Assembly: GCA_965203135.1 (NCBI GenBank)
Contig: CBDBBO010000001.1
Span: forward strand, 1,678,071 to 1,742,070
Source: Dehalococcoidia bacterium
Lineage (GTDB): Bacteria > Chloroflexota > Dehalococcoidia > Lucifugimonadales > CATOSD01
Direction of reading: 5' to 3'
DNA length: 64,000 bases
In this document: piece by piece, positions 1-8,506 of the stretch
How the letters are laid out: each line of letters starts with the position of its first letter
Numbering within the stretch: the stretch's first letter is position 1
Translations under genes and position numbers: made by a program
The notes under the pieces: generated by a model
Seen by the model: the letters and a program-made list of their open reading frames with translations, nothing else
Database searches by the model: none
Told to the model about the DNA's origin: nothing

Positions 1-1312
1 CTGGCAGCCGCCGGAGAGCGGGGCAGTGAACCGCTTCGGAATAACCCACTACCAGGTGGAGCGCAACGGGGTGGTGGTGGCGGACGACGTAACGGGAATC
101 ATGTACGTGGACCTGCGGGGCGGCGCCGTGAACCAGGCCTTCCGGGTACGGGCGGTGAACGACCAGGAAGTCCCCGGGCCGTGGTCGCGGCCCATCGGAA
201 CCAGCGGGCCGCTGGAGCGGCCGGGTGAGCTGGCCGCTCCCAACGGACTGACCGCCACGCCGGGCGTCGGTGTGGGCCGCATCGACCTGCGCTGGTTCGC
301 CCCGTCCGCAGACAACAGCCTGCGCTACGTCATCGAGCACGCCACCGACGGCGCCGGCCCCTGGACGACGCTGGCCAGCCGCCACAGCGGCACCACCTAC
401 TCCCACACCGGCGCCATCCTGTTGCCGAGCACCACTCACTACTACCGAGTGGCCACAGTGCGGGGCAATGACATCAGCGCATGGGCCTACGCCCAGGCGA
501 CCACGGAGGCCGTGGACGAGGACGGCGAACCGGCGTGGTTCGACCCGCCCGGCTGGCCGATGAACCTGCGGTTCACCAGGATAGACCGCACCGCGGTGAC
601 CCTGGCCTGGGACCCGCCGGCGGACGACGGCGGCAGCCGGATAACAGGCTACGAGTACCGCGTGTTCGGCCCCTGCGCGTCCGGCGCCGACGCGGTGTGC
701 GACATAGTCGCTCCCACCCGTGTCAGCGGCACCTCGCGGAGCATCTCCGGGCTGAACCGGGAAGGGCCTTACGAGTTCCAGGTGCGCGCGCTGAACGCCG
801 TGGGCGCCGGGGACTGGTCCCAGTCCATCCAGAAGGACGTCGGCCCCGCGACCGCCGGCGGCGGCCGGGTCATCCTCAGCCCCTCCCGGCTGACGGTAGC
901 CGAGGGCGGCGAGGCCACCTACCGGGTGAAGCTGAGCACCAGCCCGACCATGCCGTTGTTCGTGACTTTGCACTGGGACGGGACCGGCGCCGAGAACCTG
1001 GGTGGGGAGTTGCCCTTCCAGCAGTTCAAGATACTGCTGCCCAGCGGCTACGACGCCGCCGGCCTGCCGGAGTGGTGCAGCGGCATCCGCCTCGACTGGG
1101 AGGACGAAGCCTACGCCTGGAACGTGGGCGTGCCCATCACAGTGGTGGCCGCGGAGGACGACGACTCGGACCACGACTCGCTGACCATCCTGCACTCCAT
1201 CTACACGCTGTCGGCGGAGTGCCTGAACAACCCGGCCGATTACGCGCTGGACCCGGTGTACGACGGGATGTTCGGCCTGGCCCTGGAGGTCACCGAGCGG
1301 GACAACGACTAG
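1..1312 (+). CDS. Fibronectin type III repeat protein, 5' end truncated by window edge
   Basis: The frame is open from nt 2, and the GTG at 26 is probably internal. Repeated FN3 signatures are present ('LRWFAPSADNSLRYVIEH', 'LAWDPPADDGGSRITGYEYRV', 'YEFQVRALNAVGAGDWS'). Stop at 1310-1312. Confidence 0.75.
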   Translation, partial: WQPPESGAVNRFGITHYQVERNGVVVADDVTGIMYVDLRGGAVNQAFRVRAVNDQEVPGPWSRPIGTSGPLERPGELAAPNGLTATPGVGVGRIDLRWFAPSADNSLRYVIEHATDGAGPWTTLASRHSGTTYSHTGAILLPSTTHYYRVATVRGNDISAWAYAQATTEAVDEDGEPAWFDPPGWPMNLRFTRIDRTAVTLAWDPPADDGGSRITGYEYRVFGPCASGADAVCDIVAPTRVSGTSRSISGLNREGPYEFQVRALNAVGAGDWSQSIQKDVGPATAGGGRVILSPSRLTVAEGGEATYRVKLSTSPTMPLFVTLHWDGTGAENLGGELPFQQFKILLPSGYDAAGLPEWCSGIRLDWEDEAYAWNVGVPITVVAAEDDDSDHDSLTILHSIYTLSAECLNNPADYALDPVYDGMFGLALEVTERDND

Positions 1313-1469
1313 GGGGGCGAGTGGTCAGTGGCCGGCGGTTAGGGGACGGCGGCCAGTGGCCGTCGCCCGGCCAACCCACTTTGACATCACCCGCACGCGT
1401 GTGCTACGCTTTCCTCAACAAAGGACCGACCTACCACGCCAGTAGTCCCAGGGTCTTTCGATTGTCCCT

Positions 1470-1513
1470 TTCTGCCACCCTGAGCGTAGCCTTCTGCCAC
1501 CCTGAGCGTAGCC
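1470..1513 (+). repeat. Perfect 22-nt tandem duplication (ttctgccaccctgagcgtagcc x2) in an intergenic region
   Basis: Read directly: unit 1 at 1470-1491 and unit 2 at 1492-1513. It is followed by the 'cttcgacaggctcagcatgaca' motif. Related motifs occur at about 12425 and about 31240. Confidence 0.8.
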
Positions 1514-1996
1514 GAAGGGTCTAAGATGCTTCGACAGGCTCAGCATGACAAGGCGAGAAAACGTCGCAGCGGCACGATAACCGAAAGACCCTGCGGTAGT
1601 CCCTTCCGCCTTGATTTGGGGAGAGCCTGCCCTGATTCTGCCGAACAGGTTAGTGCCTACCCCGTGCTTGACACGGGGACTGGGGGGTTAACCGCCCCCG
1701 CGCGCCTGTGTCATCCCCGCGACATTCGCGCCTGTTATCGTGCTCCCAGGCGCCCCCGGCCATGCCCCGCCGGCGCTCCGTCCAGCTACGAAATGTCCCC
1801 AAAAGTCCCCGTTTGACACACATTTCGCCAAGCTCCCGGCAACCTTCCCGGCTACGAATATAGAGTCACGGCGAATTCACATTTCCTTTACAATACTGTG
1901 ATAGCGTTGGGCAGGTGGTCCGTTGACTCGTCGGAAAAATGACTGCTGAAGCGCACCCTTCGGACGGCGGTTTTCGTCAACTCGGGCAGGAGGTGT

Positions 1997-4465
1997 ATGA
2001 GCAGCATCGTGAGAAGGGCGCTGGGCGCACTGAAGAGGCTCCTCCGCTGGCGCACAGTTCTGGTGGCCGTCTTTGTGCTGGTCGCCATCGCCGTGGGCTA
2101 CGGCGCTTACACGCTGCTGGGCGGCTCATCGCAGACCGCGTTGGAGGAGAACCAGCGTGAGCTTCCCGTGCGGATGGGGGTGCTGACCAGAGAGATCTCA
2201 ATCGACGGCAGCATCGTGTTTCCGGAGAAGGAGACGCTGACGTTCGCGTCCCGCGGATTCGTCGATGAAATCCTGGTCAGCGAAGGCGAGGAAGTGAAGG
2301 CGGGCCAAACACTCGCGAGGCTGGACGCCGAGAGCGTTGCCGCGCTGCGCCAGGCCGCCGCCCAGGCGGAGTTGGACCTGCTGAAGGCGCGAGACGACCT
2401 CGCCGCCGCCGAGAATCCGACTTTGCTACTTGCGGAGTCCAGGCAGGCGGTGCTGGACGTCAGGGCGGCGCTGCGGGCAGCACAGCGGGAACTGGACACG
2501 CTGCTCAATCCCCCGGCTCACGCGCTGGCTCAGGCCAGGGCAGCAGAGGTGGATGCGAGGGCAGCGCTGCGGGCAGCACAGCGGGAACTGGACACGCTGC
2601 TCGATCCCCCGGCTCACGCGCTGGCTCAGGCCAGTGCAGAGGTGGTGGACGCTAGGGCCGCCGTTCGTGCGGCCTGGCGGGAACTGGACACGCTGCTGAA
2701 TCCTTCGGATCATACGATCGCTCAGGCCGAGAGCATGGTCGTCGAGGCCGAGGCGGCTCTGCGAGATGCCCGGGAGAGGCTGACCAACGAGCGTGGTGAC
2801 GCCCAAGCCCAGGTTGACGCCGCGCTGGAGGACCTGGACCTCGCCAAGCGTCGCCTGGTGGACGCCAGAGACGACAGCGGCTACCAGGAACACCGAAAGG
2901 CCATCGCCGACGCGGAGCGGAAGTACGCGCAGGCGGTCCGCAAGTGGACGGGCGCCGACCTCACCGAAGATGAGCTTGCCCTGTCTCCGAGTGCCCTGTT
3001 CGAAGCCTGGCGGCTCGATCCCGACGCGGCCTACGAGCGGGGCTACGACCCATTTGCCGGTGGTGAGCCGAGAGACGATCCCGCGACCAGATGGAACGAG
3101 ATCACGGTCTACGCGTGGACGGCGTTTTACCCAGCACCCGACTCGATACGAGCCACGTGCGGCGATTCCGAGCTGCTGCCGGTCGGAGCCGGCGGGGGTG
3201 AACCACTATGCGTTCTGAGGGAGATCAACAGCGCATGGGAGTCCTTGGACGAGGCGAGAGGCAGGCTCAGCAGGGCATTGGTCCAGCACGAGACCGGCAT
3301 CGCGGAGGCAGAGGTGGCCGTGCTCCGGTCTGAGAGGTCTCTAGCTGAGGCGGAGAAGGCGCTGGCGGGCCTCGACGGTGGTCCCAGGGTCAAACTGCTG
3401 CTGGGGCGGCTGGACCTCGCCGAGTCCAACCTGGCGAAAGCGGAGGCGGACCTTGATAAGCTGAGCGCGCCCGACCCCGTCGAGGTGGAGGCCATGCGCG
3501 ATCGGGCGGCCCTTGCCGAGGCGAACCTGGCGCAGGCGGAGGCGGACCTAACCAGGCTGAGCGCGCCCGACCCCGTGGAGGTGGAGGCCAAGCGCGACCG
3601 GGCGGCCCTCGCCGAGGCGAGCCTGGCGCAGGCGGAGTCGGACCTAGCGAGGTTGAGCGCACCCGACCCCGTGGAGGTGGAGACCAGACGCGGCAGGGTG
3701 GCTGTCGCCGAGGCGAGCCTGGCGGAAGCGGAGGTGGACCTGGAGAGGCTGACTGCGCGCCGGGAGCTGGAGGTTACGCTGCGGGAAACCGCGCTGATCG
3801 CGGCGCAGGCGAATCTGGACGGCGCGGTGTCCAGGCTCGAGAACTCGACGCTCAAAGCCCCCTGGGACGGCTACGTGTCCAAGATACTGGTGGAGAAGAA
3901 CGAGGAGATAAGCGCCGCAGACGCGGTGCTCGAGCTGATTGATTACGTCGTCGTCGAGGTGGACGGGCGCGTGGACGAATTCGAGGTGCTCGAGTTGGAG
4001 CGCGGCGCGGTTGCGTCGGTCAGGCTGGACGCGCTGCCCGACCAGATGTTGGAAGGCGTGGTCTCCAACATAAGCACAGATGCCAGCAATGAGCGTGGGT
4101 CGGCGACATTCAATGCCAAGGTGAAGTTTGTATTGCCGGACGGGCTGCGCATCCAGGAGGGTCTCCGCGCGACGGCCAAGGTGTCGCTGGGAGAGGAGCG
4201 CGGCCTGTTGGTTCCAAATCCGGCCATCCGCGGCACATACGACCACCCCGCCGTGCTCGTGGTCGGCGGCGTTGAAGTCGAGGAGCGCGCCGTGGTACTG
4301 GGTAGCACCGACGGCTTCTGGACAGTGGTCAGGGAAGGGCTTGCGGAAGGGGAACTGGTCGCCGTCGAATTGGGTCGTCCGGGGGAGGGAGTCTTTGGGA
4401 CGGAAGTGACCGTTGGGGGACCGCAGCCTGAAGAAGAAGAGACCATTGTTGTCGAGGAGCCGTAG
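1997..4465 (+). CDS. HlyD/MacA-family periplasmic adaptor (membrane fusion protein), unusually long at 822 aa
   Basis: GGAGG lies upstream of the ATG. There is an N-terminal TM helix and very long Ala/Leu/Glu coiled-coil segments. The C-terminal beta-barrel/lipoyl-like region ('LKAPWDGYVSKILVEKNEEI', 'ATAKVSLGEERGLLVPNPAI') is typical of HlyD_D23 adaptors. A MacB-type permease gene lies directly downstream. Confidence 0.85.
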   Translation: MSSIVRRALGALKRLLRWRTVLVAVFVLVAIAVGYGAYTLLGGSSQTALEENQRELPVRMGVLTREISIDGSIVFPEKETLTFASRGFVDEILVSEGEEVKAGQTLARLDAESVAALRQAAAQAELDLLKARDDLAAAENPTLLLAESRQAVLDVRAALRAAQRELDTLLNPPAHALAQARAAEVDARAALRAAQRELDTLLDPPAHALAQASAEVVDARAAVRAAWRELDTLLNPSDHTIAQAESMVVEAEAALRDARERLTNERGDAQAQVDAALEDLDLAKRRLVDARDDSGYQEHRKAIADAERKYAQAVRKWTGADLTEDELALSPSALFEAWRLDPDAAYERGYDPFAGGEPRDDPATRWNEITVYAWTAFYPAPDSIRATCGDSELLPVGAGGGEPLCVLREINSAWESLDEARGRLSRALVQHETGIAEAEVAVLRSERSLAEAEKALAGLDGGPRVKLLLGRLDLAESNLAKAEADLDKLSAPDPVEVEAMRDRAALAEANLAQAEADLTRLSAPDPVEVEAKRDRAALAEASLAQAESDLARLSAPDPVEVETRRGRVAVAEASLAEAEVDLERLTARRELEVTLRETALIAAQANLDGAVSRLENSTLKAPWDGYVSKILVEKNEEISAADAVLELIDYVVVEVDGRVDEFEVLELERGAVASVRLDALPDQMLEGVVSNISTDASNERGSATFNAKVKFVLPDGLRIQEGLRATAKVSLGEERGLLVPNPAIRGTYDHPAVLVVGGVEVEERAVVLGSTDGFWTVVREGLAEGELVAVELGRPGEGVFGTEVTVGGPQPEEEETIVVEEP
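2450..2740 (+). repeat. In-frame tandem repeat, about 3 copies of a roughly 96-nt (32-aa) unit inside the adaptor gene
   Basis: 'gctgcgggcagcacagcgggaactggacacgctgctc' recurs at about 2470 and about 2566, with a diverged copy at about 2659. The peptide unit is 'RAALRAAQRELDTLL(N/D)PPAHALAQA'. Confidence 0.75.
3410..3760 (+). repeat. Second in-frame tandem repeat family, about 3.5 copies of a 96-nt unit
   Basis: '(c/t)tgagcgc(g/a)cccgaccccgt' occurs at 3461, 3557 and 3653, an exact 96-nt period. The peptide unit is 'LSAPDPVEVEAxRDRAALAEAxLAQAEADLxR'. Confidence 0.8.
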
Positions 4466-4489
4466 AGCGCCAGCGAGAGCGAGTTAGCC

Positions 4490-5815
4490 TTGAGCGCCAT
4501 AGACGTCCTGAGAACAGCTTTAGGGTCTGTGAGAAGCAACAAGCTCAGGTCCGTGTTGACGCTGCTGGGCATAATCATCGGCATAACCGCCGTTACGGTG
4601 CTGATGACCATCGGCAGGGGCGTTCAGCGCGGCATCACTGCGCAGATCGAGGCACAGGGGACTAACCTGCTGTTCGTCTCCGCAACGTTCAGGGGGCCGG
4701 ACCTGGCGCCGCCCGCGCGGGAGGGCGGCTCGTTTGGCTACGCCGCCGCGTCCAGCCTACGGCCACTTCCGCTTACGCTGGAGGACGCCTATGCGCTGAT
4801 CGACCCCGTGCTCGCGCCGTCGGTCAAGTCGAGCGTACCGTACAAACACGTCAGCGCCCGGATAGTGCCGGCGGGAGGAGCGCACCCGGGCGGCTGGGTG
4901 GAGACCCAGGCGGCGGGTGTGACGCCGGAGTACGCGCGGATGCGCAACGTAGAAATGGCGCAGGGAGAGTTCATCACGGACGCCCACCTGAGGAATCGCG
5001 CGCTTGTGGCGGTCATAGAAGAGTCGATGGCCGAGCGTCTGTTCACCACCCGGAACCCCGTGGGCCAGCCGATAAGATTCAACGGGCGCCTGTTCACGAT
5101 CATTGGAGTGAGTGAAAGTACGGGAATAAGCTTCTTCGGCGGCGGCGGCGAAGAGGTTCTCATACCCATAACGACGGCGCTGTACCGGTTGGACGAGCCG
5201 TCGCCGTTCGGCGATCCCGGGTCCGTGGACACCATCTACGCGGAGGCTGTCAGCCCGGAAGCGGTGGAGGACGCCAAGGAGGAGATTCGCCTCATACTGC
5301 GGCTGCGGCACCGCCTGACCGGGCAGGACGACTTCGAGATCGACACGCTCCAGGAGCTTATCGAGTCCCTCAACCAGATAATCGCGGTGTTCGTGCTGTT
5401 TCTGGGCACCATAGCCGGTATCTCGCTCCTGGTGGGCGGGATAGGGGTTATGAACATCATGCTGGTCTCGGTTACAGAGAGGACGCGAGAGATAGGCATA
5501 CGCAAGGCGATGGGGGCGAAGCGGCGGGACGTGCTGTTTCAGTTCGTTGCTGAGGCGGTGCTGCTGACGATAGGAGGTGGAGCCATCGGGCTGCTGCTGA
5601 GCCTCTCTCTCACGCCCGCCATCAACCTGCTGGTGAGGTTCATCGTGACGGAGGGGGACCCGAGTTCGACGGCGGCCGCTCCGGGCGTGGGGTTCGACCC
5701 CGGAATCGCGGCGGTGGCGCTGCTGGTGTCGGCGACTATCGGGCTGTGCTCCGGTATCTACCCTGCGCTGCGCGCCTCCAGGATGCACCCTATCGAGGCG
5801 CTGCGGTACGAGTAG
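4490..5815 (+). CDS. ABC transporter permease, MacB/FtsX family (MacB periplasmic domain plus FtsX domain), no ATPase domain
   Basis: TTG start. The N-terminus 'LRTALGSVRSNKLRSVLTLLGIIIGITAV' and C-terminal 'TREIGIRKAMGAKRRDVLFQFVAEAVLL...YPALRASRMHPIEALRYE' are hallmark FtsX/MacB motifs. Confidence 0.88.
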   Translation: MSAIDVLRTALGSVRSNKLRSVLTLLGIIIGITAVTVLMTIGRGVQRGITAQIEAQGTNLLFVSATFRGPDLAPPAREGGSFGYAAASSLRPLPLTLEDAYALIDPVLAPSVKSSVPYKHVSARIVPAGGAHPGGWVETQAAGVTPEYARMRNVEMAQGEFITDAHLRNRALVAVIEESMAERLFTTRNPVGQPIRFNGRLFTIIGVSESTGISFFGGGGEEVLIPITTALYRLDEPSPFGDPGSVDTIYAEAVSPEAVEDAKEEIRLILRLRHRLTGQDDFEIDTLQELIESLNQIIAVFVLFLGTIAGISLLVGGIGVMNIMLVSVTERTREIGIRKAMGAKRRDVLFQFVAEAVLLTIGGGAIGLLLSLSLTPAINLLVRFIVTEGDPSSTAAAPGVGFDPGIAAVALLVSATIGLCSGIYPALRASRMHPIEALRYE

Positions 5816-5845
5816 ACGGGGCAGGCCGTACGCCAACGGCGGCCG

Positions 5846-6226
5846 CTAGACGCCCAGCAGATCGCGAATGTGGTCTCGCAGGGGCATGAAGTAGTTGTCG
5901 CGAATGTCGAGAACATCCGCCTCGGTGAACGTGGAGATGCCGTATCGTGCCTCAAGGCTGATCAGGTACAGTGTAGTGTAGAGCCTTTCAATAGAGCGCA
6001 GTTGGTGAACCCTCGCAACCAATCCTCTGCGTTGAATGTGTGACTCGGGGTGAAGTCCAAGACCCACGTCCAGATAAGCATCAATGTAGTGTAGGCTCGA
6101 ATAGAACAGTCCAGTCACAGCCCAGTCGTGATAATGCTCCTGAGATGATGCCAAGTTCCGCGTTACGCTGTTGCAGAATCGCTCATTTCTTTCGGCTTTG
6201 GTGATGTGAGCCGCTTCACTTGGCAT
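5846..6226 (-). CDS. Hypothetical all-helical protein, tentatively HEPN-like
   Basis: The ORF lies in a lower-GC patch. The start at ATG 6226 overlaps the upstream gene by 11 nt. There is a possible R-x6-H motif ('RGLVARVH'). No firm family recognition. Confidence 0.45.
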   Translation of the reverse strand: MPSEAAHITKAERNERFCNSVTRNLASSQEHYHDWAVTGLFYSSLHYIDAYLDVGLGLHPESHIQRRGLVARVHQLRSIERLYTTLYLISLEARYGISTFTEADVLDIRDNYFMPLRDHIRDLLGV

Positions 6227-6590
6227 CCGGTTTCTTCCAGAGTGACGAACTTCCACTAAACGCGTTCTCGTAATCTACGCTCTCGATATTGATTATCCTG
6301 AAACCCAGAGTCAGGTCTTCTATTCTACGCAGTACATCGCCCTCGATCTCGATTATCGGGGACATAAGCTCGTATTCGCCACGCGGAGCGGTGATTATCG
6401 TCCACACCTCGTGGCAGCCGCCGCGCTGGTAGCACCTGACCTCGTCGACGTAATCGATCTTCTGGACGTGTTTGACAAATATCTCGATCGCTTCGTCAAT
6501 CCCTATCGGGTTTTCAGGTTTCGGAAGCAGGCGGTAGGCGTCGCGCTCGGACTCGTCGTGCTTGTGGTATTTCTTTCGTTCGGTCTGCAT
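6216..6590 (-). CDS. Hypothetical 124-aa protein, first gene of a small two-gene module
   Basis: Only the last 124 codons of track ORF 6216..7289 have normal composition ('MQTERKKYHKHDESERDAYRLL...'). The ATG at 6588-6590 was confirmed in the sequence. The rest of that ORF is Arg/Ala/Pro-rich antisense of the Ldh_2 gene. Confidence 0.5.
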   Translation of the reverse strand: MQTERKKYHKHDESERDAYRLLPKPENPIGIDEAIEIFVKHVQKIDYVDEVRCYQRGGCHEVWTIITAPRGEYELMSPIIEIEGDVLRRIEDLTLGFRIINIESVDYENAFSGSSSLWKKPDAK

Positions 6591-6640
6591 CTGAGAAGAA
6601 CCTCTGCACCACTGATTCCATGTTGGATTCGCCAAGGGGC

Positions 6641-7732
6641 CTACGCGAGGACGAGCCCCGGCACGGCGAGCTCGTTGGTGATGTCTTCGAACCACTCGAC
6701 GACTTCGTTGTGGAGGGGGATGCCGTTGGCGCGGCGGTCCTGCTCCTCCTCGTACTCGGAGAGGCCGGGGAAGAGAACGCGCTCGTGGCCGGGCGCGGGG
6801 GGCGTCTCGCGGAGCGTCTTGAGCATGCGGTCCATGTCGCGCTTGAACTGGTCGACGTCGGTGAAGGCGGCGATGTTGTAGGCCGCGAAGTAGTGCTTGG
6901 AGCCGGTGGTGGCCGGGTCGACCATGGTTGGCGCGACGCCGGAGAGCATGGTGGCGAGCACCTCGGGCATGAGGCCGAACCCGTAGCCCTTGTGCGAGCC
7001 CTGCTCGCGGGTGCCACCGAGCGGTAGATGGTAGTACTCGCCGCGCGGGCGCACCGGCGTTTCCTCCATGATGGGCGTGCCGTCGACGTCGGATATCCAA
7101 CCGGGCAGCAGGTCGGCGCCCACGCGCATGGCGAGGCCCTGCTTGTTGCCGGCGATGGCGGACGTGGCGGCGTCGAACAGCAGCGGCGGCTCGGTGGCGG
7201 CGGGCGCGGCGATGGCGATGGGGTTGGTGCCCAGCCGCGGCTCGGCGGCGAAGGTGGGCAGCACCATCATCCCGCCGGCTGTCATGCACATGCCGACCAT
7301 GTCCTGCTCGGCGGCGAGCATGGCGTGGTGGCCGATGCCGCCGGAGTGGCCGGCGTTGTGCATGGACACGACACCCATGCCGACGACGCGGGCCTTGTCG
7401 ATGGCCATGCGCATGGCTTTGGGGCCCAAAATGACCGCTAGGCCCTTGTCGGCGTCGATGGTGGCGGTGGCGGGCGACTCGCGCAGGATGCGCCAGTTGG
7501 GGCGCGGGTTGAGGTTGCCCTCGTTGTACTGCTGGACGTAGGAGCGCAGCATGTTGGAGACGCCGTGGGTCTCGACGCCGCGCAGGTCGGACATGACGAG
7601 GGTGTTGGCGCCCTCGGCGGCGTCTTCCGGCGAGACGCCCATCTTCTCGAATATGGCGGCGACGGAGAGTCGCAGCGACGGTTCGGTTATGCGTACCTGG
7701 TCTTCCTCGCGGGGCTTGAAGCGTTCGAGCAT
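6641..7732 (-). CDS. Ldh_2 family oxidoreductase (malate/L-lactate/sulfolactate dehydrogenase family 2)
   Basis: 'DLRGVETHGVSNMLRSYV', 'VVSMHNAGHSGGIGHHAM' and 'NPIAIAAPA' are typical of the Ldh_2 family. The start was chosen at MLERF (ATG 7732) rather than the track start at 7849. Confidence 0.85.
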   Translation of the reverse strand: MLERFKPREEDQVRITEPSLRLSVAAIFEKMGVSPEDAAEGANTLVMSDLRGVETHGVSNMLRSYVQQYNEGNLNPRPNWRILRESPATATIDADKGLAVILGPKAMRMAIDKARVVGMGVVSMHNAGHSGGIGHHAMLAAEQDMVGMCMTAGGMMVLPTFAAEPRLGTNPIAIAAPAATEPPLLFDAATSAIAGNKQGLAMRVGADLLPGWISDVDGTPIMEETPVRPRGEYYHLPLGGTREQGSHKGYGFGLMPEVLATMLSGVAPTMVDPATTGSKHYFAAYNIAAFTDVDQFKRDMDRMLKTLRETPPAPGHERVLFPGLSEYEEEQDRRANGIPLHNEVVEWFEDITNELAVPGLVLA

Positions 7733-7870
7733 GCGTCTTCCTCTCGAATCCTGGCTAAGGTCAGGGCCGATAGAGCGAATGGTTTTGGGGAATTGTAGCA
7801 CTTTCACGGCACTGAGATAGCCCTCTATTGCTTGACGCATATATACCATAAAAGATATATTCCATTGACA

Positions 7871-8221
7871 ATGTTGGAAATCATCATATTCAGAACACCA
7901 AGAGGCAGATCTCCAGTCACGCGGTTCATCGACCGGCTACCGCGGCGCTTGAGAACTAGAGTAGCCAAGGACGTTGAGCTGCTAGAGAGGTATGGTCTCG
8001 AGATGGGTATGCCATACATCAAGAAGTTGAGAGGTGCCACAAATATCTGGGAATTGAGAACTAGGCTTGGAAGCGACCAGGTGCGGATACTCTTTGGAGT
8101 ATTGACTGGTCGGCGGGTCGTTCTGTTGCACGGGTTTATGAAGAGGAGCGGACGTCTGCCGCCGAGAGAGATCAGGACTGCGGAACAGAGATTGAGGACC
8201 TATCTTGGGGGTGTCCAATGA
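7871..8221 (+). CDS. Type II toxin, RelE/ParE superfamily (HigB / phage Gp49-like)
   Basis: 'PRGRSPVTRFIDRL...IKKLRGATNIWELRTRLGSDQVRILFGVLTGRRVVLLHGFMKRSGRLPPREI' matches the Gp49/HigB-like pattern. There is a 4-nt ATGA overlap with the downstream HTH gene. The toxin-first order is typical of HigBA. Confidence 0.8.
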   Translation: MLEIIIFRTPRGRSPVTRFIDRLPRRLRTRVAKDVELLERYGLEMGMPYIKKLRGATNIWELRTRLGSDQVRILFGVLTGRRVVLLHGFMKRSGRLPPREIRTAEQRLRTYLGGVQ

Positions 8222-8499
8222 GCATGGGTATTCCATGGAGCGAGTACAGGCAGGAGTTGATGAAGGACCCCGAATTTGTGAAAGAGTATGAGGCTCTCGA
8301 ACCTGAGTACGAGTTGACCAGATTGCTCATTTCGCAGCGGATCAAGCGGGGTCTGACTCAGAAGGAACTGGCCGAGCGCATGAATACCACCCAGTCGGTC
8401 ATCTCCCGGCTGGAGAACGGTTCGGCGAACCCGTCGCTGGCTACGCTCAAACGCCTGGCCGACGCGCTGGATGCGCGCCTGGTCGTCCGGTTCGAATAG
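8218..8499 (+). CDS. XRE-family HTH antitoxin (HigA-like)
   Basis: 'RIKRGLTQKELAERMNTTQSVISRLENGSANPSLATLKRLADAL' is a classical XRE helix-turn-helix. It is translationally coupled to the toxin gene. Confidence 0.85.
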   Translation: MSMGIPWSEYRQELMKDPEFVKEYEALEPEYELTRLLISQRIKRGLTQKELAERMNTTQSVISRLENGSANPSLATLKRLADALDARLVVRFE

Positions 8500-8506
8500 A
8501 CAGGCG

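Noticed and set aside
2450-3760. Regularly spaced 96-nt repeats that might superficially resemble a CRISPR array or satellite
   Set aside because: The repeats are contiguous, with no unique spacers. They are in frame and encode coiled-coil heptad-like peptide units inside the HlyD-family gene.
6591-7289. The full 357-aa track ORF 6216..7289(-) as one gene
   Set aside because: The upstream 233 codons are Arg/Ala/His/Pro-rich antisense of the Ldh_2 gene. Only the terminal 124 codons (from ATG 6590) look like a real protein.
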